Source: a virus. From it: a stretch of DNA of 42,443 nucleotides. The stretch spans positions 1 to 42,443 of the IMG/VR virus record IMGVR_UViG_3300045988_096068; one strand, written 5' to 3'. Under the pieces are notes generated by a model, which did not search any database, was not told the origin of the DNA, and was given only the letters and a program-made list of their open reading frames with translations. Each line of letters begins with the position of its first letter. Within the stretch, counting starts at the first letter, position 1. The position numbers were made by a program, and so were the translations under genes. This document shows positions 1-7,577 of this stretch, one piece after another.

Positions 1-119
1 CAGCCTGTTCAGCAGTCGGCACAGGATGGCGGCTGGCTGCTTGGCAGACCTGTTTCCAGCAGGGAGGAATTTCTGGCAATACCGTCAGACCTGTACGGAA
101 GACCGACTTACTGCCCAGA
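1..119. repeat. Terminal redundancy copy 1 (identical to 42325..42443)
   Basis: Base-by-base reading shows 1..119 equals 42325..42443. The repeat lies inside an open reading frame that continues across the junction. Confidence 0.95.
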
Positions 120-366
120 CTTGCGCAGCGGCGTGATCTACTGCAAGCGGCTGAACCCGGACACCTGCGAATCCTATGTGCAGGAGTTCTACAGCCCGGA
201 AGCGTGGCGGCAGATACAGGCGCAACAGGCACAGCAGACCGCTGCACCGACACAGCAGTATGTGCCTATTGAAGAGTATAACGCCCTCGTCCACCGTCTG
301 GATGAACTGGAAAAGTGGCAGAAGAGCTTTTCTAAGCCCGCTACCGCTACGAAGAAAGGAGAATAA
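1..366 (+). CDS. C-terminal part of a junction-spanning hypothetical Pro/Gln-rich protein (gene starts at 42172; about 172 aa in total)
   Basis: Frame 1 is open from position 1 to TAA 364..366. The same frame is open from ATG 42172 to the window end, and the 119-nt overlap joins the two parts in frame. Confidence 0.7.
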   Translation, partial: QPVQQSAQDGGWLLGRPVSSREEFLAIPSDLYGRPTYCPDLRSGVIYCKRLNPDTCESYVQEFYSPEAWRQIQAQQAQQTAAPTQQYVPIEEYNALVHRLDELEKWQKSFSKPATATKKGE

Positions 367-368
367 CA

Positions 369-620
369 ATGTCCTCTCCGTTTGATCTGATTACTCACAG
401 CCCTATCATGCAGCTTGCAAATCTGGCTCGCGCCGGACAAAACCCGATGGGGCTTATCCAGCAGTTAAGCGGGCAGAATGCTCCTATCATGCAGGGGCTG
501 AACCTGATTCAGGGCAAGAACGAAGCGCAGCTCCGAACGATGGCGCAGAACCTCGCCAAAGAGCGCGGCATCGACCTGAACCAGCTGGCAAGCGTCCTGA
601 ATTTGACGCTTCCGAGGTGA
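369..620 (+). CDS. Hypothetical small Gln/Asn/Leu-rich protein (83 aa)
   Basis: ORF in the track. ATG follows RBS AAAGGAG and lies 2 nt after the previous stop. Confidence 0.65.
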   Translation: MSSPFDLITHSPIMQLANLARAGQNPMGLIQQLSGQNAPIMQGLNLIQGKNEAQLRTMAQNLAKERGIDLNQLASVLNLTLPR

Positions 621-632
621 GGAGGTTTTACA

Positions 633-794
633 ATGAGCGATTTTGAAAACAGCCATCCCGAAAAAGATTTTGACATCAACAATCTGTGTGGCAATGACAA
701 ACTATGGGTTCCTTTGATGCTTGGCTTTATTTTCGGTGCTGCCAGCAAAAAGTGGGATGACCCGGAAGACGAAAAAAGCAATCCTCCAAGCTGA
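633..794 (+). CDS. Hypothetical small membrane protein (53 aa, one TM segment LWVPLMLGFIFGAA)
   Basis: Not in the ORF track because it is under 60 aa. ATG 633 follows the strong RBS GAGGTGAGGAGG. TGA at 792..794. Hydrophobic core. Confidence 0.5.
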   Translation: MSDFENSHPEKDFDINNLCGNDKLWVPLMLGFIFGAASKKWDDPEDEKSNPPS

Positions 795-934
795 CTTAAC
801 AATCCTAAAATAGGCATCCCTCTAAGCGAAACGCTTCTCAGTTTTGCGGACTTGACAAAAACCGCATTTGTATGGCTTCGCCCATCGCACACGGCGGTGG
901 GATAGCATAACGCAAAACTGAAAGGAGTTTTGTT

Positions 935-1807
935 ATGGACGATTTTGCAACTGGCTATCTGGCTGGGCAGGACGGCGGCAATAACGGCGGTGGCTTTTTC
1001 GGCAACGAAGGCCTGTGGGCGGTTATCATCCTCGCTATCATCTTCGGCTGGGGCACAAACGGCTACGGTCGGAACGGTGGTGACAACGGCATGAACAGCT
1101 ACATCCCCTATCTGGTGGGCACCGGTGCAACCGGTCAGGGCGGCGCAGATACTCGTGCGGCTTTGTCAGAGGGCTTTTACCAGCAGGACACCTCCCGTTC
1201 TCTGGCTGGCATCCAGAGCGGTATCTGCTCTCTGGGCTATGACCAGCTCGCGCAGATGAATACCCTCAACTCTGCCGTTGCGGGCGGCTTTGCTGATACT
1301 AATCAGGCGATCTGTCAACTCGGCTACCAGAACGCACAGCTCGTGAACGGTCTGGAACGCAGCGTGTCCAACGGCGACAACGCCATCAGCCTCGCCATCA
1401 TGCAGGAGGGCAACGCACGGCAAGCGGGTCAGACCGCTATCCAGACGCAGCTGGCATCTTGCTGCTGCGAGAACAAGCAGCTCATCGGCGACCTGAAGTA
1501 CACCATTGCACAGCAGGACTGCGCTACCCGTCAGGCTATCGCAGACAACGCCCGTGCCATCGTGGACAACTGCAACGCCAACTTCCGCAGCATGATGGAC
1601 TACTTCACGCAGGATAAGATTGCCACTCTGACCGCTGAGAACCAGAGCCTGAAGTTCGCCGCTTCTCAGGATCGTCAGAATGCGCTTCTGACCACCGTGA
1701 TGTCCCAGCAGACCGATACCATCCTGAACCGGGTCAACCCTCGTCCGATTCCCGCTTATCAGGTGGCAAACCCCAACGTGGGCGTGAACTGCTGCGGCTG
1801 CTGCTAA
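935..1807 (+). CDS. Hypothetical membrane-anchored protein with a Gly/Asn-rich N-terminus, one TM, a Gln/Asn/Ala-rich coiled-coil-like body and Cys clusters (SCCCE, C-terminal NCCGCC)
   Basis: 290-aa ORF with RBS GAAAGGAG. TM segment LWAVIILAIIFGW. The protein ends with VNCCGCC. I recognise no family. Confidence 0.7.
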   Translation: MDDFATGYLAGQDGGNNGGGFFGNEGLWAVIILAIIFGWGTNGYGRNGGDNGMNSYIPYLVGTGATGQGGADTRAALSEGFYQQDTSRSLAGIQSGICSLGYDQLAQMNTLNSAVAGGFADTNQAICQLGYQNAQLVNGLERSVSNGDNAISLAIMQEGNARQAGQTAIQTQLASCCCENKQLIGDLKYTIAQQDCATRQAIADNARAIVDNCNANFRSMMDYFTQDKIATLTAENQSLKFAASQDRQNALLTTVMSQQTDTILNRVNPRPIPAYQVANPNVGVNCCGCC

Positions 1808-1842
1808 CCTACACACTCCCCGATAACACCGGGTGAACCATC

Positions 1843-1878
1843 GGGGCAGGGGTAAGACACCTCTGCCCCTGATTTTTT
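1843..1878 (+). terminator. Rho-independent terminator-like hairpin inside the orphan operon
   Basis: GGGGCAG (1843..1849) pairs with CTGCCCC (1863..1869) and is followed by TGATTTTTT. Confidence 0.5.
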
Positions 1879-1892
1879 AGGAGGAAACTACT

Positions 1893-2264
1893 ATGGCTTG
1901 CAAAACAAGCTGCCGTCTGTGCCCGCACCTCGTCATTTCGGACGCGGTAACGTTCTCCAATGACACGCTGACCATCAATATCCCCGCTGGCGCATACCAG
2001 AACGGAGAGAAGTATTGCATCGTGGTCGCTCAGAGCATCCCGGACACGACCACCATCAACGCCCCTGTGGTCATCACCATCGGTGCAGGTACGACCGCAT
2101 ACCCTCTGACCGACTGCAACTGTGCTCAGGCAACCGCCGAGAGCATCCACACCCGCACCCGCTACGCTACCCGTGTGACAACGTCTGCGACCGGCACCGG
2201 CACGTTCAAGTATCTTGGCTGTTTCTGCCGCTCTCACGCCGGTGCGCCTGCATCCATTTCTTGA
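1893..2264 (+). CDS. Hypothetical Cys-rich small protein (123 aa; N-terminal CKTSCRLCP, internal CNC, C-terminal GCFCRS)
   Basis: ORF with RBS AGGAGG. It has 9 Cys arranged at both termini, with Thr/Ile/Val-rich beta-like stretches between. Confidence 0.7.
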   Translation: MACKTSCRLCPHLVISDAVTFSNDTLTINIPAGAYQNGEKYCIVVAQSIPDTTTINAPVVITIGAGTTAYPLTDCNCAQATAESIHTRTRYATRVTTSATGTGTFKYLGCFCRSHAGAPASIS

Positions 2265-2278
2265 GGAGGTATTAGATT

Positions 2279-2917
2279 ATGGGCAAGACTAATTTTCGCC
2301 GCATGATGATGCTCCGCGACCACGAAAAAGACCGTGAGCCGGAACGCGACCGCCTCGAAGAAGAGCGTGACCGCAGGGAACGTGAGCTGGAACGTCGTCT
2401 GCGTAAGCTGGAAGATGGCAATGACCGCTATCCTTACTATCCGCAGGAGGAGAACCGCTACATTGACCCCTACCCTATCCCCCGCTACCCTGACGTAGAG
2501 TATGGGCGCAAGATGCCGCAGATTGGCTTCTCGCAGAACGGAGACTGGGACAAGCGGTCTGGGCAGTATGAGCATGGCGGTGCGGGCAGCCGCTCCATCA
2601 AGATGCCCCGCCAGCACCTTACCCACGATGAAGCGGAGGAATGGTGCGACAGCATGGTGAATGCTGACGGCACGAAGGGTTGTCACTGGACGCTGGAGCA
2701 GACGCAGGACGTGGCCAAGCAGCGCAACATCACCTGTGACCCGAACGATTTCTGGGCAGCAATGAATATGATGTACTCGGACTATTGCACGGTCGCTCGG
2801 TCGTACAGTGCTGACAATCAAAACTTTTATGCCGACATGGCCGCAGCTTTTCTGCACGACAAAGATGCTGTTCCCGGAAAAATCGTGAAATATCGGGATG
2901 TCATTGTGGACGGCTGA
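2279..2917 (+). CDS. Hypothetical protein with a charged Arg/Glu/Asp-rich N-terminus and a conserved-looking C-terminal domain (HWTLEQT...FWAAMNMMYSDY)
   Basis: 212-aa ORF with RBS GAGGAGG. The C-terminal motif resembles an uncharacterised domain recurrent in Firmicutes phages; this is from memory, with no family name asserted. Confidence 0.7.
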   Translation: MGKTNFRRMMMLRDHEKDREPERDRLEEERDRRERELERRLRKLEDGNDRYPYYPQEENRYIDPYPIPRYPDVEYGRKMPQIGFSQNGDWDKRSGQYEHGGAGSRSIKMPRQHLTHDEAEEWCDSMVNADGTKGCHWTLEQTQDVAKQRNITCDPNDFWAAMNMMYSDYCTVARSYSADNQNFYADMAAAFLHDKDAVPGKIVKYRDVIVDG

Positions 2918-2922
2918 AGCCA

Positions 2923-2943
2923 GACTACTTTTCGACTACTTTT
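2923..2943 (+). repeat. Two direct GACTACTTTT repeats, 11-bp phasing (candidate integrase arm-type sites, P arm)
   Basis: GACTACTTTT occurs at 2923..2932 and 2934..2943. The same decamer recurs at 3120 and 3131 on the other side of the core. Confidence 0.5.
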
Positions 2944-2956
2944 GGAACGCGAGATT

Positions 2957-2996
2957 GCGTTAGTATGCGTTAGTTCGCGTTAGTATGCGTATCATA
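2957..2996 (+). repeat. 3.5 tandem copies of a 10-bp unit GCGTTAGTAT (candidate Xis or accessory-factor sites)
   Basis: GCGTTAGTAT / GCGTTAGTTC / GCGTTAGTAT / GCGTATCATA read directly from the sequence. Confidence 0.5.
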
Positions 2997-3006
2997 AGAA
3001 ACACAC

Positions 3007-3055
3007 AAAAACCCGCATGACTGCGCAAAAGTCTAGCAGCCATGCGGGTTTTGTT
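3007..3055. terminator. Bidirectional Rho-independent terminator
   Basis: ACCCGCATG (3011..3019) pairs with CATGCGGGT (3041..3049). It is flanked by an A-run on the left and a T-run on the right, between the convergent + operon and int. Confidence 0.6.
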
Positions 3056-3059
3056 ATAG

Positions 3060-3081
3060 TTGCGCCAGCAGGAGTCGAACC
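3060..3081 (-). other. attP core candidate: 22-nt tRNA 3'-end-like segment
   Basis: The minus strand reads GGTTCGACTCCTGCTGGCGCAA. This is a T-loop (TTCGACT), a T-stem 3' half, an acceptor 3' strand and a discriminator, with no 5' half of a tRNA. It lies about 50 nt from the integrase stop. Confidence 0.6.
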
Positions 3082-3119
3082 TTTTTCGGGGTTCGTCCTA
3101 TCATTCTTTTTTTGCTTTT

Positions 3120-3140
3120 GACTGCTTTTTGACTACTTTT
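3120..3140 (+). repeat. Two direct GACTGCTTTT / GACTACTTTT repeats, 11-bp phasing (candidate arm-type sites, P' arm)
   Basis: Decamers at 3120..3129 and 3131..3140 have the same orientation and phasing as the pair at 2923..2943. Confidence 0.5.
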
Positions 3141-4278
3141 TATCATCTTGGTCGTTATAGTATGCAATCATTTTTTGCGTTGCATCTTTGAGCTTTCGTT
3201 CGCGGATGTGTGTGTAGATCTTGTAAGTCGTCGAGATATCAGCGTGACCCATTATTTTTTTGGCTTCCAGCACACCGACGCCTGCGTCGTATAAGTCCGA
3301 CGCGAACGCATGCCGAAATTGGTGGGCTGTCACTGTAGGCTCCAGCACCAGCGGCAGCGGATTTGCAGAGGATTTTGGGCCCCGGCGGCTGTCTCTATAG
3401 CGGGTTTTACTTTTGCTGGGCCGCACAAGGCCTAGCTCGGTGCAGTAGCTGAGCCATCGGCTGTGATACTCTGCATCCGTCAAGGGCCTTGCCATGCCAC
3501 CGATGACATACTCTGTCGGCTTTCCCCGGCGCGGCTCTATCTCTTGCCTGAGATGGGGCATAAGCGGGATGACCCGGACGCCGTTATTGGTTTTGGGGTC
3601 CTGTATTTTGACACCGCCACCTGACCAGGAAACTTTCTTGCTGACATAGATTTTGTTGTTTTCGAAATCTATGTCCTCCCATCGGAGAGCAATCAGCTCA
3701 CCCAGGCGGCAGCCGGTGTACATCAGCATCCAGGCGCACAGCCCGAACCCTTCGGGATGCGCCCGGAAAAGAGCAAGCTCCTTGTCTGTAGGCGGTTCCC
3801 GGATGGCCGCAGGCTTCCCGGCGGGGGGCTTGATATCTTGCATCGGATTGTATGCCGACCCGCTTGCAAGACGCCAGCCGCGAAAAATGCCGCGCAAAAC
3901 GCTGATCGTGTTCCGGATGCTGCTCGTTGATAACCCCTCATCTTTGAGCGCCTGACCGAATCCGGCTACCATGGCCGGTGTGATCTCGTCCATCCTGCGG
4001 CCCGCGAAGTATTTGACGCAGCGGTCATAGTTGGACCTATAAGACGAGTCTGTCCCCTCCTCAATGCGTTTGAGCAGCTTTTCCCAGTAATCTTTGGCGA
4101 CGGCTTCAAACAATTCGGCTTTGGCGGACTCCTCTTTTCTCTGCATCAAGGCCTCTTTGTATTTTGCCTCGGCCTCGGTCTTTGTTTTGCCGTAAAATAC
4201 CTTATATTTTCCGTCCGGCATTTTGCGCTTGACTTGATATCGTCCATCCGCGCGCTGGCCTTTTCTACTTTTTGGCAT
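3133..4278 (-). CDS. int: Tyrosine recombinase (phage integrase)
   Basis: 381 aa. The C-terminal catalytic region contains HQFRHAFASDLY...GHADISTTYKIYTH (R...HxxR...Y signature), with an N-terminal SAM-like domain. It is adjacent to the tRNA-like core. Confidence 0.95.
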   Translation of the reverse strand: MPKSRKGQRADGRYQVKRKMPDGKYKVFYGKTKTEAEAKYKEALMQRKEESAKAELFEAVAKDYWEKLLKRIEEGTDSSYRSNYDRCVKYFAGRRMDEITPAMVAGFGQALKDEGLSTSSIRNTISVLRGIFRGWRLASGSAYNPMQDIKPPAGKPAAIREPPTDKELALFRAHPEGFGLCAWMLMYTGCRLGELIALRWEDIDFENNKIYVSKKVSWSGGGVKIQDPKTNNGVRVIPLMPHLRQEIEPRRGKPTEYVIGGMARPLTDAEYHSRWLSYCTELGLVRPSKSKTRYRDSRRGPKSSANPLPLVLEPTVTAHQFRHAFASDLYDAGVGVLEAKKIMGHADISTTYKIYTHIRERKLKDATQKMIAYYNDQDDKK

Positions 4279-4870
4279 CTCGTGTATCCTCCATGTTTTT
4301 TACGGAATAAGCATCCACGCCCTGGAGGGCTGCTTTCTGGCCGCAGTCGCGCGCCTGGCGCACAACGTCCATGACCGGCTGTGTTCCGTTCGGGTCGGGG
4401 TCGGTCTTCGTCGACTGCGTCATCTCATAGTGGCCGATGATGGCATTGACGATGGACACCCGGTCCCGCAAAGGAGTGTGTAAGTTTGCCAGCACCTCCG
4501 TCAGCACCCCCATCGGGTCGGAGCCGTGATCGCCATAGTAGAGGTACAGCCAGCCGTCCACCTCGTAGTTGGACATCTCATCCACGGCGGCGTGAAGGAT
4601 CTGGCGCTTCTCCTCGGTGGAGATGTCCTCTTGTAAGTAATCGAGCAGACCGGGATAGATACAGGCGTCCATGCAGCGCCGGGCCGGGATGCTGCACGCT
4701 ACGCACCAATTGATAATGTCAGCCAGCGTCACAGGGGATGTTCCCCGCTCCCTGCTGGCCACGGTCGGCTTGCTGATTCCAAGCCGTTTTGCCAGCTTTT
4801 CCTGGCTGAGCCCGGCTTTTGCCCTTGCCATTTCGAGCGCTTTTGCCACTTGCAAGTCATACTCGTTCAT
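4265..4870 (-). CDS. XRE-family HTH regulator with an unknown C-terminal domain (candidate repressor, 201 aa)
   Basis: HTH motif GLSQEKLAKRLGISKPTVASRE. The start was chosen at ATG 4870, preceded by AAAAAGGAGG. It overlaps the int start by 14 nt. Confidence 0.8.
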   Translation of the reverse strand: MNEYDLQVAKALEMARAKAGLSQEKLAKRLGISKPTVASRERGTSPVTLADIINWCVACSIPARRCMDACIYPGLLDYLQEDISTEEKRQILHAAVDEMSNYEVDGWLYLYYGDHGSDPMGVLTEVLANLHTPLRDRVSIVNAIIGHYEMTQSTKTDPDPNGTQPVMDVVRQARDCGQKAALQGVDAYSVKNMEDTRDAKK

Positions 4871-4978
4871 AATTGCCTCCTTTTTACCGATTCGACACGA
4901 TATTGCGTATAGATTCCTTTCCATCTCCTATGATATAACAATTATGTAAAAAATTTCCATCGCAGGAGGTAAAAAATT

Positions 4979-5083
4979 ATGGCTGCTATTATGTATGTAC
5001 CCGACGATATGGAGATCATCGACGGGATGCCCGCATCAAAACCAAAAGACCCGGATCGCGTCCGGGCCCCGTGGGAGGAATGA
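4979..5083 (+). CDS. Possible very small ORF (34 aa) divergent from the HTH regulator
   Basis: ATG 4979 follows AGGAGGT. TGA at 5081..5083 overlaps the next start (ATGA). No similarity recognised. Confidence 0.3.
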   Translation: MAAIMYVPDDMEIIDGMPASKPKDPDRVRAPWEE

Positions 5084-5286
5084 CTATGCCAACTGATACC
5101 ATGCTGCTGGACTACGTCCGAAACCGCACACTCAATCTTGTGTACACGCTATCCAATTATGCCGCTGATCCGGACGTCTACGGCGAGCTGCTGCGCATTG
5201 CCCAGCAGGCCAAAGACGACGCTGACTCCGGCATTGACCCCGGCGACCGGCTGGATTGCATCAATGGCCGTGTTGTCGAGCTGTGA
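5080..5286 (+). CDS. Hypothetical small acidic protein (68 aa)
   Basis: Listed in the ORF track as 5071..5286. ATG 5080 is preferred, and GGGAGG lies upstream. Confidence 0.5.
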   Translation: MTMPTDTMLLDYVRNRTLNLVYTLSNYAADPDVYGELLRIAQQAKDDADSGIDPGDRLDCINGRVVEL

Positions 5287-5326
5287 CATCTTCCCCGTCG
5301 TCAGCCCGGCGGCGGGGAATGATTTT

Positions 5327-5343
5327 GTGTCCACTGTGGACAC
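5327..5343. repeat. Perfect 17-bp palindrome GTGTCCACTGTGGACAC (copy A)
   Basis: Read directly. Intergenic, between convergent genes. CCCGGCGGCGGGG lies 10 nt upstream. Confidence 0.9.
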
Positions 5344-5345
5344 CT

Positions 5346-6065
5346 TCACAAGCTTTTTTCTAAGAGCTGAGACTTTTTCGCGTTATATTCTTCTTCAGTA
5401 ATCGCACCCATATCCAAGAGCCGCTTAAACTTCAAAAGTTCATCTGCAACGCTGTTGACACGTCCGTATGCAGATTGTGTCTGTGATTTCTTTTCCATGC
5501 AGGCCTTCAGCAGAGCGGTCATCCCGGCGGGATACGTCTGCGCTGACAGAGTCTTTTTGCCAAAAGGAAGCTCAAAAGAAATCGTTATATTTTCCTTGCC
5601 CTTACCTTTTCGAGTCTCTGTTTTTGCTGTAGATGCTCCCACGATCGCGCCGACTGGGCCGGCAATGGCTGCGCCGACCACGGCACGACCGATTCCGCCT
5701 TTGGTCTGCGTGACGGTGAAATCTTCCGAATCTGACTCGTAACCGGATACTTCGTCAAAGGCGTAGATCATGCGAGGGCCTTTGTCTCCGCTTCGACGAC
5801 CAAAATAAAAGAGTCCGTTTTCGTCGTCCACAGAAACATAAAGTGAATCTGCATCATAAAGAGAATCTGTTTCCTTAAACTGTTTCCGGCGTTTTTCCTG
5901 GACTGCCCAAAAATCAGCCAACTCTTTTGTCGAAAATTTGGACGCCTGAAATCCGACCTTTGAATAGAAAAAGTTCATGCAGCTGGAACAGATCAATCCG
6001 TCCGCGCTTCTTTCCCGATTCAACAGGCCCATTTTTCCACCGCAAACAGGGCATAAATTTGCCAT
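5346..6065 (-). CDS. Accessory protein with an N-terminal zinc ribbon (DUF4428-like), a glycine-zipper segment and a C-terminal SHOCT-like motif
   Basis: Motifs seen: CPVCGGKMGLL...CSSC; GGIGRAVVGAAIAGPVGAIVGA; C-terminal ELLKFKRLLDMGAITEEEYNAKKSQLL. The gene is visibly AT-richer than the flanks. Confidence 0.75.
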   Translation of the reverse strand: MANLCPVCGGKMGLLNRERSADGLICSSCMNFFYSKVGFQASKFSTKELADFWAVQEKRRKQFKETDSLYDADSLYVSVDDENGLFYFGRRSGDKGPRMIYAFDEVSGYESDSEDFTVTQTKGGIGRAVVGAAIAGPVGAIVGASTAKTETRKGKGKENITISFELPFGKKTLSAQTYPAGMTALLKACMEKKSQTQSAYGRVNSVADELLKFKRLLDMGAITEEEYNAKKSQLLEKSL

Positions 6066-6085
6066 AACTTGTCCTCTTCTCTTTG

Positions 6086-6979
6086 TTAATAAGCAATTTT
6101 TACAAATTTGCTTCCTAATTTATGCGATTCGAGGTTTTCCAAAACACGTTTTTGAACATTCGGAGATACGGCCATCAAACTTTCATAAGCATCTAAAACC
6201 TTTGTGATTGCTTCGCGGTCGTTTTGATAACTGCTCATTTGGTAATCGTATTGGGAATCCGAACCCTTAAAACGATAAACAGCTTTTTTGGCTGAAACTG
6301 ATTTTTTTAGCATCTCAATTTCCACCGGGTCGGCTATTTCGTCGCGGACTTCCCAAACGGTGGTATAATTTGATCCAATTTCTTTCAGAACTTTTTGACT
6401 GGACTCTGTATTGAAATACTTTTTGTAAACTTCTCCATCCACGGAGTAAACAATGCTATTCCAGAAAATCCAGTTTCCTCCGTAATAAGTGTATATCAGC
6501 CGAATTGGCTGAATTTCATCATTTTTTACGCAAAAATACGGAAGAATAAAAGTTGTTTGCGTTGACAAAGGCCATTTGCTCCAATAGTAAATATCGAAGT
6601 TTTCTACATCATCATGCTCTTTATAAAGACTTTTTCTTAGTTTTTCGGTTAAATATTCAACTTGCAAATCTTCCAATTCCTCGGTGGCGAGCTTCAACGT
6701 TTCATAATTGGAAACCATGGCTTTCCACTCGTCCGGAAGAGAATCATAAGCACCCTGTGCGTTTGCAATTGCGGTAGCGCTTTCCAACGTGATTGGTCCG
6801 ATCTGATTGATTTGTGCTTCCACCTGTTCCGGAGTAGTGACCTCGTTTTCCTTCTCCAACTGCGCCAGCGAGGTGTACCCGGCGGGGCTGAGTGCCATTG
6901 TAGGCAGGGCAGCACCGGCCAGAGTTGCCGCAATGCACAAACCTGCAACCATCGTTTTGCCAATTTTCACAAGTTTCAT
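6086..6979 (-). CDS. Secreted accessory protein of unknown function (297 aa, signal peptide)
   Basis: The start was chosen at ATG 6979 after GGAGAAAG. The N-terminus MKLVKIGKTMVAGLCIAATLAGAALPTMALS looks like a signal peptide. AT-rich. Confidence 0.7.
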   Translation of the reverse strand: MKLVKIGKTMVAGLCIAATLAGAALPTMALSPAGYTSLAQLEKENEVTTPEQVEAQINQIGPITLESATAIANAQGAYDSLPDEWKAMVSNYETLKLATEELEDLQVEYLTEKLRKSLYKEHDDVENFDIYYWSKWPLSTQTTFILPYFCVKNDEIQPIRLIYTYYGGNWIFWNSIVYSVDGEVYKKYFNTESSQKVLKEIGSNYTTVWEVRDEIADPVEIEMLKKSVSAKKAVYRFKGSDSQYDYQMSSYQNDREAITKVLDAYESLMAVSPNVQKRVLENLESHKLGSKFVKIAY

Positions 6980-7061
6980 GATTCTTTCTCCGTTCTCTTG
7001 ATTTTTTATCATCATGGTTGTAATATAAAACCATGAAATACAACTTAAAGGAGTGTTATGA

Positions 7062-7160
7062 ATGTCTGACAACGAATTTTTGGCCCTTTTGCGGGAACAT
7101 CCGGAACTTTGGGAACTCGTACTGCGTACCCTTCAAGGGTTTGAAAAGGCCGTTGTCTGA
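7062..7160 (+). CDS. Possible very small ORF (32 aa)
   Basis: ATG 7062 lies 8 nt after AAGGAG, and TGA is at 7158..7160. No other support. Confidence 0.25.
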   Translation: MSDNEFLALLREHPELWELVLRTLQGFEKAVV

Positions 7161-7168
7161 CATCGCGG

Positions 7169-7197
7169 TTGACCTTTTTGCTTCAAGTCCATATAAT
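7169..7197 (+). promoter_or_regulatory. Near-consensus sigma-70-type promoter TTGACC-17-TATAAT
   Basis: TTGACC at 7169..7174, an exact 17-nt spacer, TATAAT at 7192..7197, about 45 nt upstream of ATG 7242. Confidence 0.65.
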
Positions 7198-7241
7198 GAC
7201 GGTAGTGCGAATGTTTATTCACTTTCAGAAAGGAGAACTAT

Positions 7242-7577
7242 ATGCTTGATGCTCTTCGAGAAAAACTTTTCCCCCAATCACCTGAACCTGTTCCCTCGGC
7301 TATTACCTGCGGAATCACAGGGGGGATGCACACTTATCGGATTTCGCTGCGCGAAGAATGCAACAACCCTTCGGAAGTCGCTGAAATCGTAGATGCAGTG
7401 ATTCGCATGATGAAGGAAAAAAAAGTTTCTTTGCAGACTGCCATGTATCTGCCCGAAGCCTTGCACGATGAGCTCGAAAAGAGCTTTTACATTCAGGTCT
7501 TTACAAGCATTTTGGCACCGTTACCGAACGATGGTGACGATCAGCGCGACGATGGAAACGGCCAAGGCCAGAACTGA
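7242..7577 (+). CDS. Hypothetical protein (111 aa) with its own strong promoter
   Basis: RBS GAAAGGAG. Its 3' end overlaps the convergent gene 7521..7859 by 57 nt. Confidence 0.55.
   Translation: MLDALREKLFPQSPEPVPSAITCGITGGMHTYRISLREECNNPSEVAEIVDAVIRMMKEKKVSLQTAMYLPEALHDELEKSFYIQVFTSILAPLPNDGDDQRDDGNGQGQN

Noticed and set aside
7521-7577. The convergent 57-nt gene overlap as evidence that one of the two ORFs is false
   Set aside because: Both have credible starts: a strong RBS plus promoter for the + ORF, and coupling to the repressor gene plus a C-terminal TM for the - ORF. Both were therefore kept, and the overlap is reported as a finding instead.
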